From the IMG/VR virus record IMGVR_UViG_3300025450_000015, positions 32,001 to 96,000 of that record: a stretch of DNA of 64,000 nt; one strand, written 5' to 3'. Position 1 is the first letter of the stretch. Every line of letters starts with the position of its first letter. Under the pieces are notes generated by a model. It ran no database searches. It saw only the letters and a program-made list of their open reading frames with translations, and was not told where the DNA came from. The DNA comes from a virus. A program made the translations under genes and the position numbers. Shown one piece after another: positions 44,957 through 56,900 of this stretch.

Positions 44957-45337
44957 ATGGCATATACTATTGGTACAGAACTTAATTTAAATGACAGTTT
45001 AGGCGAAGGAAATCCTAGATATTTCTACGGACTACAACGTTTAGATGATGGTACTCTTTATTTTTATAAAATCGATCAGCTAACATCTGTCACAACTCTA
45101 ACTGTAAATGTTCCAGGTCCTAATACTGGAAATTTTGAACAGTTTGAGTACGGTGTCGATTTCTTCGACGGACGTTTGGCAACAGATCACAGTCGTCCTT
45201 ATCCTAATTTACAGTTTGATCAATATCGCTGGGATAATAAAAATTGTTATTATTTTTTAGATAACCAAGGCGAATTATGTGTTCAGATCAATCAGGTATA
45301 TAACTATACTGGCGCACAAACAATATCATTAGGTTAA
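44957..45337 (+). CDS. Hypothetical virion protein
   Basis: AAGGA SD; RYFYGLQR..DGTLY and QYRWD..YYFLDNQGEL motifs; operon context. Confidence 0.65.
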   Translation: MAYTIGTELNLNDSLGEGNPRYFYGLQRLDDGTLYFYKIDQLTSVTTLTVNVPGPNTGNFEQFEYGVDFFDGRLATDHSRPYPNLQFDQYRWDNKNCYYFLDNQGELCVQINQVYNYTGAQTISLG

Positions 45338-45352
45338 TAGGAACATTATATA

Positions 45353-48300
45353 ATGGCACAAGAATTTAAAATTGGTAGATTACGTTTTATATGGTCAGGA
45401 GCATGGACTACTGGCACACAATATGCAAAAGATAGTGTTGTCGGTTATCAAGGAAAAACATATTCATGCGTAACACCTAATACAGCAAGTTCAAATTTTT
45501 ACACAGATCTTAATAATGGACTTTGGAGTCTAATTTTAGATGGTAAACAATTTGATGGTCCTTGGCAGACAAATACATTTTATAGTTTAGGTAATATTGT
45601 TATATTTGGTGGATTTGTTTACTATTGTACAACTCCTCATACTTCAACAGCATTTAAGAGTCAACAGTCTAACTGGACACAATATACTCAATACCCGCAA
45701 TGGTTATCAACATGGCAACCTAATACTGTTTATGGTGTCGGTGCTGTGGTACAATATGGTGGTATTGTTTATTCTTGTATAACTGGTCATACATCCACAG
45801 GTGCTTTGCAAGCCGTAGGCGCAGTTAGTACTGGAAGCCAAGTAACAATTACATTTACTCCTCAACCCGTTGTAATTTATGCAGTTGGTACAACTATAAC
45901 TTTATCAGGATTTAATCCTACAATTATTAATGGTACTTATACAGTTGTTTCTAGTACACAAAGTAGTGTAACATTTGCATCACAAATTACAATCAATGGT
46001 ACTATTGCAACTCCAGGTATCTCTACAGGTGTGTCGCAATTAGGACTAGAAGCCAATCAATCATCTTGGACAGTTCTAGATAGTAATTATAATTATGTTG
46101 GAGCATGGGCTGCCAATACAAGATATAAATTAAATGACATAGTGCAAGTGGGCGGAAGTTTATATGCCTGTACACAATACAATGTGTCTGGTATTGCATT
46201 TGCAACATCTACATATTGGATTGCTTATATTCCTGATCAACGATTTATTTCAGGATTTAACGTCGGTGTAACATACCAAATAGGAGACATTGTTACCTAT
46301 GGTGGCAATACATATATTAATAATACTGCTAGTAATAATAGCGGGTCCGCACCGTCAACTGACACAATAGACTGGACATTGCTAACACCAAATGGTAGTA
46401 GTCCGGTTGATTGGATTACAGGACAACTTTATCAAATTGGAACAGTGGTACGCAGACACGGTCTAGTATTCCAAGCTGTACAAGACAATACAAGTCAAGA
46501 TCCAGCATCCTATTCTACTTCGGGTATCACTTATAACAGCACAGGCAGTAGCGGAACAACTGTAAATCTTAGTTCAACATCTGGTGTTCAAGTAGGTATG
46601 ATAGCTCTAGGAGCTGGATTAACTTTAGGACAATCTGTTAATAGTATTATTTCTTCCCCAGTGGGAGTAACTTTAAATTATGCTCCTGATGGCACATTAA
46701 TTAATGGACAAAATATTAATTTTGTTGGAATCAATTATCTTTATTGGAAATTAGTAATACCAGGCGGCATTTGGTACGGACGTTGGGCATCTGGAGCATC
46801 TTACATTGTAGGAGATCAGGTAATATGGGGCAACACAACATACCAATGTGATCAAAATCATACAGCATCTAATGCCAATCGTCCAGACTTGGATTCATTT
46901 AATACCTATTGGAAAATTTTAGCAGTTGGTGCAAGAAAAGAAGCATTAACATCGCAAGGCGATATTGAAACATTTAGCAACGGTGCATATTCTAACATTG
47001 CCATCGGTACAAGTGGCTATACTTTACGTGCTACTAATAATAATCCGACTTGGAGTCAAATTAACGTTGTTCCAAACGTGTTTTATGTGTCAGCATTAAC
47101 TGGTATAGATGCGCCTGGCTATGGAAAAAACTGGGATCGCCCATGGAAAACTATTGCCTATGCGGCTGCCACAGTTGGTGCCGGCACACAAAACACCAAC
47201 ACAGTTGCTTTGATTACACAAAATAAATCTTGGATTCAAGCAGAGATGGTACAATGGGCACAGTATCAGATTAATAATAATATTAGTCCTTATAGTACAG
47301 CATACGCATTTAATTCAACTAAAGCGGCAAGAGATATTGGATTAATTATCGATGCCATCGCATACGATTTAGCTCGAGGTGGAAACAGTCAAAGTGTTGC
47401 AACGGCATTGGCTTATTTTGCATATGGATTGACAAGTACATTCTATAATACAGCAGTTGCGGCTGATATGCCATATTATCTTCCAATGTTAAACTACGCA
47501 TTGACATTATTAACCGATGCAATAACACAAACAACTCCAGCATACAACTATCAAGTATTAAACAGCGTATCTCCAGTCATTTATCAAAATACTTCTGGAT
47601 CAGCGGCAGAAGCTTCTGGCGCAAGTTCAGCAACAACATTGTTTAATTACATTTACAATGCGTTGGCTACACAAAGTACATCGTTGTTACCTGCACAAAA
47701 TAGTGGAGTGTCTTGTGTTATTAATGTTAAAACTGGAACATATCTTGAATCGTTACCAATTGTTGTTCCGGCAAACGTTTCTATTATTGGAGATGAATTA
47801 AGAGGAGTAGTAGTTCTTCCAAAAACAAGTATCCAAACAACTTGCACAGCAACTACTACAGGAACAAATTTAATTACAGTTACTAGCACATCTGGATTAG
47901 TAGATCAAATGCCAATTCAATTTGCAGATACTACTATTCTTACCACATCCATTTATACTGGGTTTGGTGGAATTACTCCAGGCCAGACATATTATGTAAT
48001 TGGGTCGACAATTACATCAAACCAATTTAGTGTAGCATTGAGTCCCACCACACAATTTATTGCAACAACAACTGCTAGTAGTCAGGTATTAACAGATGTT
48101 TCAAATATTATCGGCCTTGTGGTTGGTGCTACAATTACAGGTCCTGGTATACAAACAGGTACAACAATTACAGGTATAACTATTGCTCCTAGCAATTCTA
48201 GTTTGAATTCTATTTCAATTAGTTTACCAACGACTGTAACTGCAAGCAATGTATATTTGACATCTACTGGTGCAACATTATCTTTAACATCTGCAACAGG

Positions 48301-51300
48301 TACTATGACAGTATATGCAGGAGATTGTTTAAAAGACATGTTCCGTTGCCGCAATGGTACTAGCGTTCGTAATATGACATTGTCAGGTCTACAAGGAACA
48401 TTGTTGGCACCAGATGCAAATAATATTCAGCATCCAAGTGGTGGTGCTTATACAGCATTAGATCCAGGACAAGGTCCTAACGATTCGACAGCTTGGATTA
48501 TTCGTCGTAGTCCATTTATGGAAAATATTACAACATTTGGTAACGGATGTACAGGTAATAAAATCGATGGAACTTTGCATAACGGCGGTTACAAATCATT
48601 TACAAGTAACGACTTTACACAAGTTATTCAAGATGGCGTAGGCATTTGGTGTACAGGCCCCGGAGCATTGACCGAGTGTATTAGTGTGTTCTGTTATTTT
48701 GGATATACTGGTTATTTTGCTGAAGCAGGCGGTCGTATCCGTGCGGCCAACGGTAATAGTTCATACGGTAACTATGGTGTTATTAGTAGCGGATTTGATA
48801 CCACTGAAGTTCCTATCACCGGCACAGTTTATAATCAATCGAGCCAAGTACAGGCAAGTGTGCAAAGTAGTTTAGGTGCGGCAGCCCAATTGATTAAATT
48901 AAATTATGCAAATGCAGGTAGTGCATATAATACAACATCGACAAATATGTTGTACTATAGTAATAACTATCTTGGACCAAATTGGGTATCTGACGGAAAT
49001 ATTATTTTTGACAAAACTTTTGCCGCTCCGACCGGCAACATTGAAGCATACACAATGATTGGTACTGGTGGTACTGGTACTGGCTACATCTATCAAAATA
49101 TAACATTAAATCCAGCTGGAGCAAGTTATACTAATCTTCCATCTACAACAAATACGGGTACTGGTGGCGGAGCAACATTTAACGTAGTAGTTACTAGCAC
49201 AGGATATACTGTTTCTGTAAACTACGGAGGAACCGGATACGCCGCAGGCAATACACTTACAATTTCAGGTGCATTGTTAGGAGGACTATCTGGTCTTAAT
49301 AATTGTAATATCACAGTTAATACTGTAACAGGTAATGTTATTTCTTCGGTAGTTGCAACTGGAATTGTTCCAACAGGCAGTACACAAAGTTATACTGCTA
49401 GTGTTTATGTATATCAAGGAACTGCAACACAGCTTGATATCCAAGCAATCTATTCTGGATCTAGTACACGTACTAGTGCAATTAATTATAATTTTACTAC
49501 TAACACAATTACTCCAACTAATTCTAACGGTGGATATTTACCAACACAATTTGGTTCACAAGTTACGCTAGTTGCTGGTTGGTATAGAATATGGTTTGCG
49601 TTCAACGACACAGCCGGCCTAAACAACACATTACAACTAAGAATATATCCAAAAGGTATCAATGGCGCTGTAGGACTTTATAATTATTTGTATGGTGCTC
49701 AAGTTGAAATTTCTAAACCTACACTTGCTCCAAGTTTTTATATTGAAAATACTGGTGTAAGCCGATATAGTGCGTATGCTTATTATAATGTAACTGGATC
49801 AGGAACAGGTGCATTATTAATTGGAGATGAACTAAGATCTAATAGTGTATTCCAAACATTAGTTACATCAGGTGGCTCGGGATATTTGACAGCAGGTAAT
49901 AATGCACAAGGCGGAACAAATCAATACATTGTATTGGCTCAGTCTGATGTTAATCAACCAAGTAATTATATCGGTATGCGTGTGTTTATTCAAAGTGGTA
50001 CAGGTGCAGGCCAATACGGATATATGGCTACTTACAATACTACAAGCAAATTGGCATACGTATTAAAAGAATCATTTACTCCGTTACAGATTGCAAGTAG
50101 TAGTGCAGTAACCAGTGCTTTTACTTTATCAGCAAATTCAACAACTAGTTTGTTATATCTAAACATGCCAGTTCAATTTGTTCCAACATACTATACAACT
50201 ACTGTAACATCTACTTCTTTATCACAGACTACAGTAACTCAAGCTATTGGCGGAACAACTAATACACTTACATTAGCAAGTACAAATGGCTTGACTGTTA
50301 ACATGCCTATCATATTTTCAGCAGGATCTGGCGCAATTTTCAGTACCATTACAGCAGGATATCAATATTATGTCTATGCTATTTTAAGTTCTACAACGAT
50401 TCAAATTTCAACACAGGCATTTGGAACTGTTTGGCCGTTGACAAGCGGATCAGGAACTATGGTTATGAGTTTTACTTCGGGTAATAGTTATATCCAAGCC
50501 AGTACTACAAATATGGTTGTTAATTATCCTATAGCGTTTACAGGAACAGCTATCGGTGGACTAAGTATTGCTACTACATACTATATTAATGATATTATTG
50601 ACAGCAATGATTTTACAATTTCTGCGGCAACATTTAATATTACAGTCACAGGTACAGTAAACAATACACTACAATGTGCATCAACAACTGGATTGCAAGT
50701 TTTAAATCCAATTATATTCACTGCGCCTGCTATTGCTGGAAGTGGTATTGCTGATACAACAAAATATTATATTAGTTCTATAGTAGACCAAACAGATTTT
50801 ACTATATCTACATCAATTATAAACCAAACAGTATCTTCGACCAACGGAACAACTAATACTGTTGTGACATCTAGTACATCAGGATTTATAGTAGGACAAC
50901 CTATTATATTCACAGGTACTACATTTGGAAATATTTTAGCAGAAACAGTTTATTATATTTTATCATTGGCAGGCGATGGTATTTCATTTACTATAAGTCA
51001 AACACTTGGAGGCGGTGTATTTGGTGTAACCACCGGAACAGGCAGTATGAGTTTACGTACTTGCCCAACACCTTTAACATTTACAGCCGTTACTGGTAGT
51101 AGCATGGTAGGTGTAACAACTAGCAAGAAATTATCAGTTAATTTGGGAATTGGCTCAATGACTGGTACATTCTCTACTACATTGTTTGGCGGAATTAGTT
51201 CAGGAACAACTTACTATATTGCAAGTATACCAACACCTGGTAATGGCGGGACATTTACAGTCAGTACTGCAATAAACAGTGTCGGTGTAGTAGTTCCAAC

Positions 51301-53890
51301 TACAAAGAGTGGTACTATGAACTTAGCCGCAGTAGGCTGGGATCATGTAACATCTGGTTTTCCAATTGTTCCAAGTCTTGACTCTACATCAGTTTATTTT
51401 ATCGAATCGAGACCTGCATTTAGTAGTCCAGGGTTTACACAAGCAGTTGCAGGTTCAACTATCACATTAGCATCTGGTATATACTGGAATGCAATAGCTT
51501 ATGGAAATAATACGTTTGTAGCAATACCAAGTGCTAACGCTGTTGGAGCAACTTCGACAGACGGTAGCAACTGGTCGAATATGGTACTACCAAGTAGTGC
51601 CAGCTGGTCAAGTATTGCGTTTGGTAACAACTACTTTGTAGCAGTAAATTCTTCAAATGCCAACGTAATTTATTCAAACAATAATGGTTCTGGTTGGAGA
51701 ACCAGCACTATGCCAAGCAATTCTCAGTGGACACAGATTGCATATGGAAACGGAAACTTTGTAGCTATTGGCGCTAGCGGCACCACTAGTGCGTATTCAA
51801 CAAACTTTGGATTAAATTGGACTAACGGCCAGACTATTTCAACAGTAGCCGCAACTGGATTTACTGTTAGTGCAGGTACAGCTACCGTAGCTTTTGCTAC
51901 ACAACCTATTACACCTTTTGCAATTGGTTCAACTATTACACTATCTGGATTTACTCCTACTACAACAAGCGGTACAGTAAATGCTGTTAACACAACATTT
52001 GTAGTAACTGGTTGTACAACTAGCCAAGTACAATTTGCATTAACTGGAACATATAGTTCTGGAATTTTTGGAACTATATCCGGAGGAAATTCTGCTTACG
52101 GATTACCAATCAGCCAAACTTGGAACAGTTTAGCATACGGTAGTAATATTTTTGTTGCAATAGGTCCTGGATCTCTTACAGGCGCAAGAAGTGTTAACGG
52201 CGGCCAAACTTGGATATCAACTACATTGCCAACCGCCAGTGCATGGACTAGTATAGCATTTGGAAACGGCCGTTTCGTAGCAGTTGCCAATGACGGTTCA
52301 CTAGCTATATACAGTTTTGATGGTATAACATGGTATCAGTCTAATCAAACAGTAGTTGCAAGTAGTGTAAAATACGGACAAGGTGTTTTTGTAGCAGTAT
52401 ACAACGGATCCACAACTGCATACACCAGTGAAAATGGTTTAGATTGGACTCCAAGAACTGTCACAAATGATCTGTACACTTCCTTGGCATTTGGTTTTAC
52501 ATCGACCAACGTTGGAGTGTTTACAACATTAAGTCAACAAAGCACAGGTAGTTTAATATCAGCTGGTTGCAGAGCTAAAGGTAGACCAAGTATAAGTTCT
52601 AATACTTTAAATGGTGTAAGCGAATTTGAACCTGGTTCAGGTTATGTCACACAAACTATTTCATCTTTTGCTACTGCCGTAGTAGGAGCAGGCACTGCTG
52701 TATTAACTTTCTCAGCAACACAAACAACAAATCCATTCCCTGCAGGTTCAACTATTGTAGTTACTGGATTTACTCCTACGGCTATTAACGGAACTTATAT
52801 TGTAACTAATTCTTCTACATCATACGTGGCTTATTCGTTGTCAGGATCTTTTAGTTCTAGCATAAACGGATCAGTTTCTTCAAGCGTAACAATTACATTT
52901 ACAGATCCAAACGTAACTAGTTTGGCTACAGTAACTCCTCGTGTAAGTAACGGTACATTAGGAGGTCCAACATTTGTTAATAAGGGGGCTGGATATAGTA
53001 ATACAACAACACAGGTGGCAATTACAGGTAACGGATATGCAGATACATTCCAAACTGGATTAACTATTGTTATTAATAATTTAAGTTTGTTACCAAGTCA
53101 GGGATCAAACATTCAGTTTGCCGGTAATAATTCACAGGCTTATAAGATTACCAGTGCAGTCGCAGTATATGGAACAGTTGCTCCAAATATTCAAGCAAAC
53201 ATTTCAATAAGTCCAGCAATGACATTAGCATTAAGTCCTGTCAACGGAGCTGTAGCGACTATTCGTCAAAAATACAGTCAATGTCGTATTACAAATCACG
53301 ACTTCCTATATATTGGTTCTGGGGATATAGTAAACTCATTATATCCATTAACAAATGACAGTGAATTAATTGTTAACAATCAAACAGTTGAAGTTAATTT
53401 TGGGCGTGTATTCTTTTCATCAACAGATCAGGACGGTAACTTCAAAGTTGGTAACTTGTTTGGTGTTCAACAAGCAACGGGTATCGTTACATTAAGTGCT
53501 AGCCAGTTTGGATTAACAGGATTGAGTACATTGAGCTTGGGTGGTATTAGCGTAGGCGGATCAGCCACTATTGTACAACAGTTTAGCACAGATGGCGCAT
53601 TTACCGCTAATAGCGACAGTATTATCCCAACACAAAGAGCTATTAGAACTTACTTGGCTAGTCGTTTAAGTCAAGGTGGATCAAATACCTATACCGGACA
53701 AATGACAGCCGGTACAGTTGTAGTTGGTGGCGCACAGTATATTCGTTCAAGTATTCCTAACGGACAAGTAGGATCATCCGTTAAAATGTTGAATAAAGTG
53801 TATGTAGATGCCTACGGAGTAGACGGAAATATGATAGCTTTAGACTTCTTTATGAACAATAGTATACATAGAAGCTCAAGTCAGCAATAA
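45353..53890 (+). CDS. Giant tail fibre/adhesin-like protein (2845 aa)
   Basis: N-terminal W..Y..D.V.YGG..Y.C (CBM5/12-like) repeats, a pectin-lyase-like beta-helix (KTGTYLESLPIVVPANVSIIGDELR...NDFTQVIQDGVGIW), W..IAYGNG.FVA propeller repeats, and C-terminal GRVFFSSTDQDGNFKVG. Confidence 0.8.
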   Translation: MAQEFKIGRLRFIWSGAWTTGTQYAKDSVVGYQGKTYSCVTPNTASSNFYTDLNNGLWSLILDGKQFDGPWQTNTFYSLGNIVIFGGFVYYCTTPHTSTAFKSQQSNWTQYTQYPQWLSTWQPNTVYGVGAVVQYGGIVYSCITGHTSTGALQAVGAVSTGSQVTITFTPQPVVIYAVGTTITLSGFNPTIINGTYTVVSSTQSSVTFASQITINGTIATPGISTGVSQLGLEANQSSWTVLDSNYNYVGAWAANTRYKLNDIVQVGGSLYACTQYNVSGIAFATSTYWIAYIPDQRFISGFNVGVTYQIGDIVTYGGNTYINNTASNNSGSAPSTDTIDWTLLTPNGSSPVDWITGQLYQIGTVVRRHGLVFQAVQDNTSQDPASYSTSGITYNSTGSSGTTVNLSSTSGVQVGMIALGAGLTLGQSVNSIISSPVGVTLNYAPDGTLINGQNINFVGINYLYWKLVIPGGIWYGRWASGASYIVGDQVIWGNTTYQCDQNHTASNANRPDLDSFNTYWKILAVGARKEALTSQGDIETFSNGAYSNIAIGTSGYTLRATNNNPTWSQINVVPNVFYVSALTGIDAPGYGKNWDRPWKTIAYAAATVGAGTQNTNTVALITQNKSWIQAEMVQWAQYQINNNISPYSTAYAFNSTKAARDIGLIIDAIAYDLARGGNSQSVATALAYFAYGLTSTFYNTAVAADMPYYLPMLNYALTLLTDAITQTTPAYNYQVLNSVSPVIYQNTSGSAAEASGASSATTLFNYIYNALATQSTSLLPAQNSGVSCVINVKTGTYLESLPIVVPANVSIIGDELRGVVVLPKTSIQTTCTATTTGTNLITVTSTSGLVDQMPIQFADTTILTTSIYTGFGGITPGQTYYVIGSTITSNQFSVALSPTTQFIATTTASSQVLTDVSNIIGLVVGATITGPGIQTGTTITGITIAPSNSSLNSISISLPTTVTASNVYLTSTGATLSLTSATGTMTVYAGDCLKDMFRCRNGTSVRNMTLSGLQGTLLAPDANNIQHPSGGAYTALDPGQGPNDSTAWIIRRSPFMENITTFGNGCTGNKIDGTLHNGGYKSFTSNDFTQVIQDGVGIWCTGPGALTECISVFCYFGYTGYFAEAGGRIRAANGNSSYGNYGVISSGFDTTEVPITGTVYNQSSQVQASVQSSLGAAAQLIKLNYANAGSAYNTTSTNMLYYSNNYLGPNWVSDGNIIFDKTFAAPTGNIEAYTMIGTGGTGTGYIYQNITLNPAGASYTNLPSTTNTGTGGGATFNVVVTSTGYTVSVNYGGTGYAAGNTLTISGALLGGLSGLNNCNITVNTVTGNVISSVVATGIVPTGSTQSYTASVYVYQGTATQLDIQAIYSGSSTRTSAINYNFTTNTITPTNSNGGYLPTQFGSQVTLVAGWYRIWFAFNDTAGLNNTLQLRIYPKGINGAVGLYNYLYGAQVEISKPTLAPSFYIENTGVSRYSAYAYYNVTGSGTGALLIGDELRSNSVFQTLVTSGGSGYLTAGNNAQGGTNQYIVLAQSDVNQPSNYIGMRVFIQSGTGAGQYGYMATYNTTSKLAYVLKESFTPLQIASSSAVTSAFTLSANSTTSLLYLNMPVQFVPTYYTTTVTSTSLSQTTVTQAIGGTTNTLTLASTNGLTVNMPIIFSAGSGAIFSTITAGYQYYVYAILSSTTIQISTQAFGTVWPLTSGSGTMVMSFTSGNSYIQASTTNMVVNYPIAFTGTAIGGLSIATTYYINDIIDSNDFTISAATFNITVTGTVNNTLQCASTTGLQVLNPIIFTAPAIAGSGIADTTKYYISSIVDQTDFTISTSIINQTVSSTNGTTNTVVTSSTSGFIVGQPIIFTGTTFGNILAETVYYILSLAGDGISFTISQTLGGGVFGVTTGTGSMSLRTCPTPLTFTAVTGSSMVGVTTSKKLSVNLGIGSMTGTFSTTLFGGISSGTTYYIASIPTPGNGGTFTVSTAINSVGVVVPTTKSGTMNLAAVGWDHVTSGFPIVPSLDSTSVYFIESRPAFSSPGFTQAVAGSTITLASGIYWNAIAYGNNTFVAIPSANAVGATSTDGSNWSNMVLPSSASWSSIAFGNNYFVAVNSSNANVIYSNNNGSGWRTSTMPSNSQWTQIAYGNGNFVAIGASGTTSAYSTNFGLNWTNGQTISTVAATGFTVSAGTATVAFATQPITPFAIGSTITLSGFTPTTTSGTVNAVNTTFVVTGCTTSQVQFALTGTYSSGIFGTISGGNSAYGLPISQTWNSLAYGSNIFVAIGPGSLTGARSVNGGQTWISTTLPTASAWTSIAFGNGRFVAVANDGSLAIYSFDGITWYQSNQTVVASSVKYGQGVFVAVYNGSTTAYTSENGLDWTPRTVTNDLYTSLAFGFTSTNVGVFTTLSQQSTGSLISAGCRAKGRPSISSNTLNGVSEFEPGSGYVTQTISSFATAVVGAGTAVLTFSATQTTNPFPAGSTIVVTGFTPTAINGTYIVTNSSTSYVAYSLSGSFSSSINGSVSSSVTITFTDPNVTSLATVTPRVSNGTLGGPTFVNKGAGYSNTTTQVAITGNGYADTFQTGLTIVINNLSLLPSQGSNIQFAGNNSQAYKITSAVAVYGTVAPNIQANISISPAMTLALSPVNGAVATIRQKYSQCRITNHDFLYIGSGDIVNSLYPLTNDSELIVNNQTVEVNFGRVFFSSTDQDGNFKVGNLFGVQQATGIVTLSASQFGLTGLSTLSLGGISVGGSATIVQQFSTDGAFTANSDSIIPTQRAIRTYLASRLSQGGSNTYTGQMTAGTVVVGGAQYIRSSIPNGQVGSSVKMLNKVYVDAYGVDGNMIALDFFMNNSIHRSSSQQ

Positions 53891-53924
53891 GATAAATATT
53901 AATAGACCAGAGGAATGAAATAAG

Positions 53925-56900
53925 ATGGCACAGTTTAAATTAGGTAGAATTAAGTTTGTTTACCAAGGTACATGGACTACAGGAACCGGATATGTTGTAG
54001 ATGACGTCGTTACAGTCGGCGGCAGAACTTATATTTGTACAACAAGTAACACAGCAAGTGCTACTTTTGCAACAGATTTTAGTTCAGGGTACTGGAGTGT
54101 AGTTGCAGACGGAAGTCGATGGACTGGTAACTGGACAAATAATCAATACTATCTTGTAAACGATCAAGTATTATATGGCGGAGTTGTTTATCTATGTACG
54201 ACTGCTCATACTAGTGCTTCTTCTACAGCTACCATAACACCAACAGCCGCAACTGCTAATGGTACTACAGCAACACTTACATTTACAGCATTAAGTTCAA
54301 ATATTCAACCATTTTTAGTTGGTGCAAGTATAACTGTTTCAGGATTTTCAGCACAAACTGGATTTAACGGAACATTTACAGTAACAGCATGTACAGCTAC
54401 TACAGTTAGTTATGCTCTTGCTCAGTCATTGACTGGTACCGTAATGGGTACTGTTAGCGGTACAGGCACCCTAGGACTTGAAGTTAATCAAAGTAACTGG
54501 ACATCATTTGCCAGCAGTTTTAACTGGACAGGTGCATGGACAATTAATACACGTTACAAATATAATGACTTAGTAAGCTACGGTGGTTTAAATTATATTT
54601 GTAATACAGCTCATGTTAGTGCAAATACAACTACACTTGGATTAGAAGCTAATCAAAGTTCATGGACTGTATTCAATACAGGAGTAGCATATCAAGGACT
54701 TTGGAACGGTAACAGTACACATTATCGTATTAATGATATTGTAAAATACGGTGCAAGTCTTTGGATTTGTACAACAGCACACACTAGTTCTGGCACATTT
54801 GCCTCAGCAAACTTTAGTGTTTTTGTTAATGGTTTAGAATATGTGTCAGGCGGAAATAATGCTTGGGTCGGTTCTATCACATTAACTGCGGCTAGTGCAT
54901 CAGGCGGTACTGCAACATTATCTTTTGCTACACAATCTGCTATACCATTTGCAGTTGGTCAAAGTATAACAGTCAGTGGAGTTACACCAAGTTCATTTAA
55001 TGGTACATTTATCGTAACTGGAACTCCAACAACAACTCAAGTATCGTATGCATTGGCTGGATCATTGACAGGATCGGTCTTTGGTACTGTTGCCGCTAAC
55101 TATGTTACAGGCGACATCGTTTCTTACGGCGGAAATTTATATACTGCAATAGCAAGTAACACAGCTACCACACCTAGTACAGGCACAGCCAGCTGGCAAG
55201 TTTTCAGTACAGGTTTTAGTTTCCAAGGTGATTGGTCAGGTCTTACAAGTTATAAAATTGGACAAGTAGTTCGTTTAGGTGGCTATACATATATGGCCAT
55301 GGCAGATAATGCACAGCAAACTATTATTGCTAATCAAACATCTAGCGGTAGTAATTCTGTAAGTGTTTCAGCAACAGGTAGCTTGGTTGCAAACTTGCCA
55401 ATTGTATTTTCTGGTACAAGTTTTGGTAACATTGTATCTGGTACAACATACTATGTCGGTACTATCATTGATAGTACACATATCACATTGCTTACAAGTT
55501 CAGGCGGTTCAACACTTGCAGTAACTAATGCCACAGGATCATTAACTGGTACAACACAAAGTCAACCTCCGTTCAGTACATATTGGACTCGACTAAATGC
55601 AGGTATACGCTGGAACGCTGGAACAACTCAGTCTTATAATGGATTAAGCGGAACAAATATAACAGCCGCAGGTTCAGGCGCACAATTTAACGTAACAACA
55701 AGTGGAACAACATATTCGGTAACTGTTAAATCTGGATCACAAGGTACTGGTTATAGTGCAAGTACAACATTAAAGATTTTAGGAACACAAGTTGGCGGTA
55801 TCAGTCCAGCTAATGATATTACTATTACTATAACAGGTGTAACTGCTGGTGCAATTAACTTATCAAGCGGTATTACATGGACTGGTTATAGTGTTACTTG
55901 GATTACTGCATCAAACTATGTTTTAGGTGATGTAGTTTATTTTGGTGCAAACAGTTATATTTGTGTGTCTGCACATACTTCTGCATCTGGTAATCGTCCA
56001 GATGCAGACACAACTGGCACATACTGGAATTTATTAGCTAGCGGTGCTGAAAGTGCTGTGTTAACAACACAAGGTGATTTAGCCTATTACGGAACAAACG
56101 GTCCTACTCGTTTACCAGTTGGTACCGACGGACAAATTTTACGTGTTGGCGGAACAATTCCATCTTGGGCATATTACGGACAAATTAATAATATTGTTTA
56201 TGTTAGTTCAACTACTGGTGTGGATTCCTTAGGAGCCAGTCAAGGTACAACTATTGATAAACCATGGGCAACTATTAGATATGCGTGTTATCAAATTGAA
56301 AATGGTTATTTAAATACTAATACCACAGGATTATTATCTATTAATAAACAATTCATGTTGAAAGAAATCAACAACTATGTTTATTATTCATACAGTTTTA
56401 ACGTAACAGGTACGTCAGTTCAAACAATTACAGTAGGCGGTACTAGTTCAATAGCACAGACTGTGACCACCAATATGTATTCTGGAATGCCTATTGTGTT
56501 TACACAAACATCAGGTAATATTGTTGCAGGTACAACATATTTTGTTGCTCAAGTGATAAATTCAACTTCATTTAATATTGCAACAACCTATGCTAACGCA
56601 ACTGCGGCAAGTCCTACATTGTTTACAGTAGGCACAGGTTCTGCAAACATCGGTACTTACAGTTACAATCAAGCTAAAACAGAACGCGATACCGGAACAG
56701 TTATTGATGGTTTGTTATTTGATATCGGCCGTGGCGGCAACTACAAAACAACAACTAATGCATTGGCATATTTTGCAAATTCCACAACCTTTGCAACTAA
56801 TGTGAATGCATATGATATTCCTCCATTTGTATCAGCATTGAATTATTTGAATACATTAGCAACAAACTATGTATTAACAAACACATCGGCCGCAGTAAGC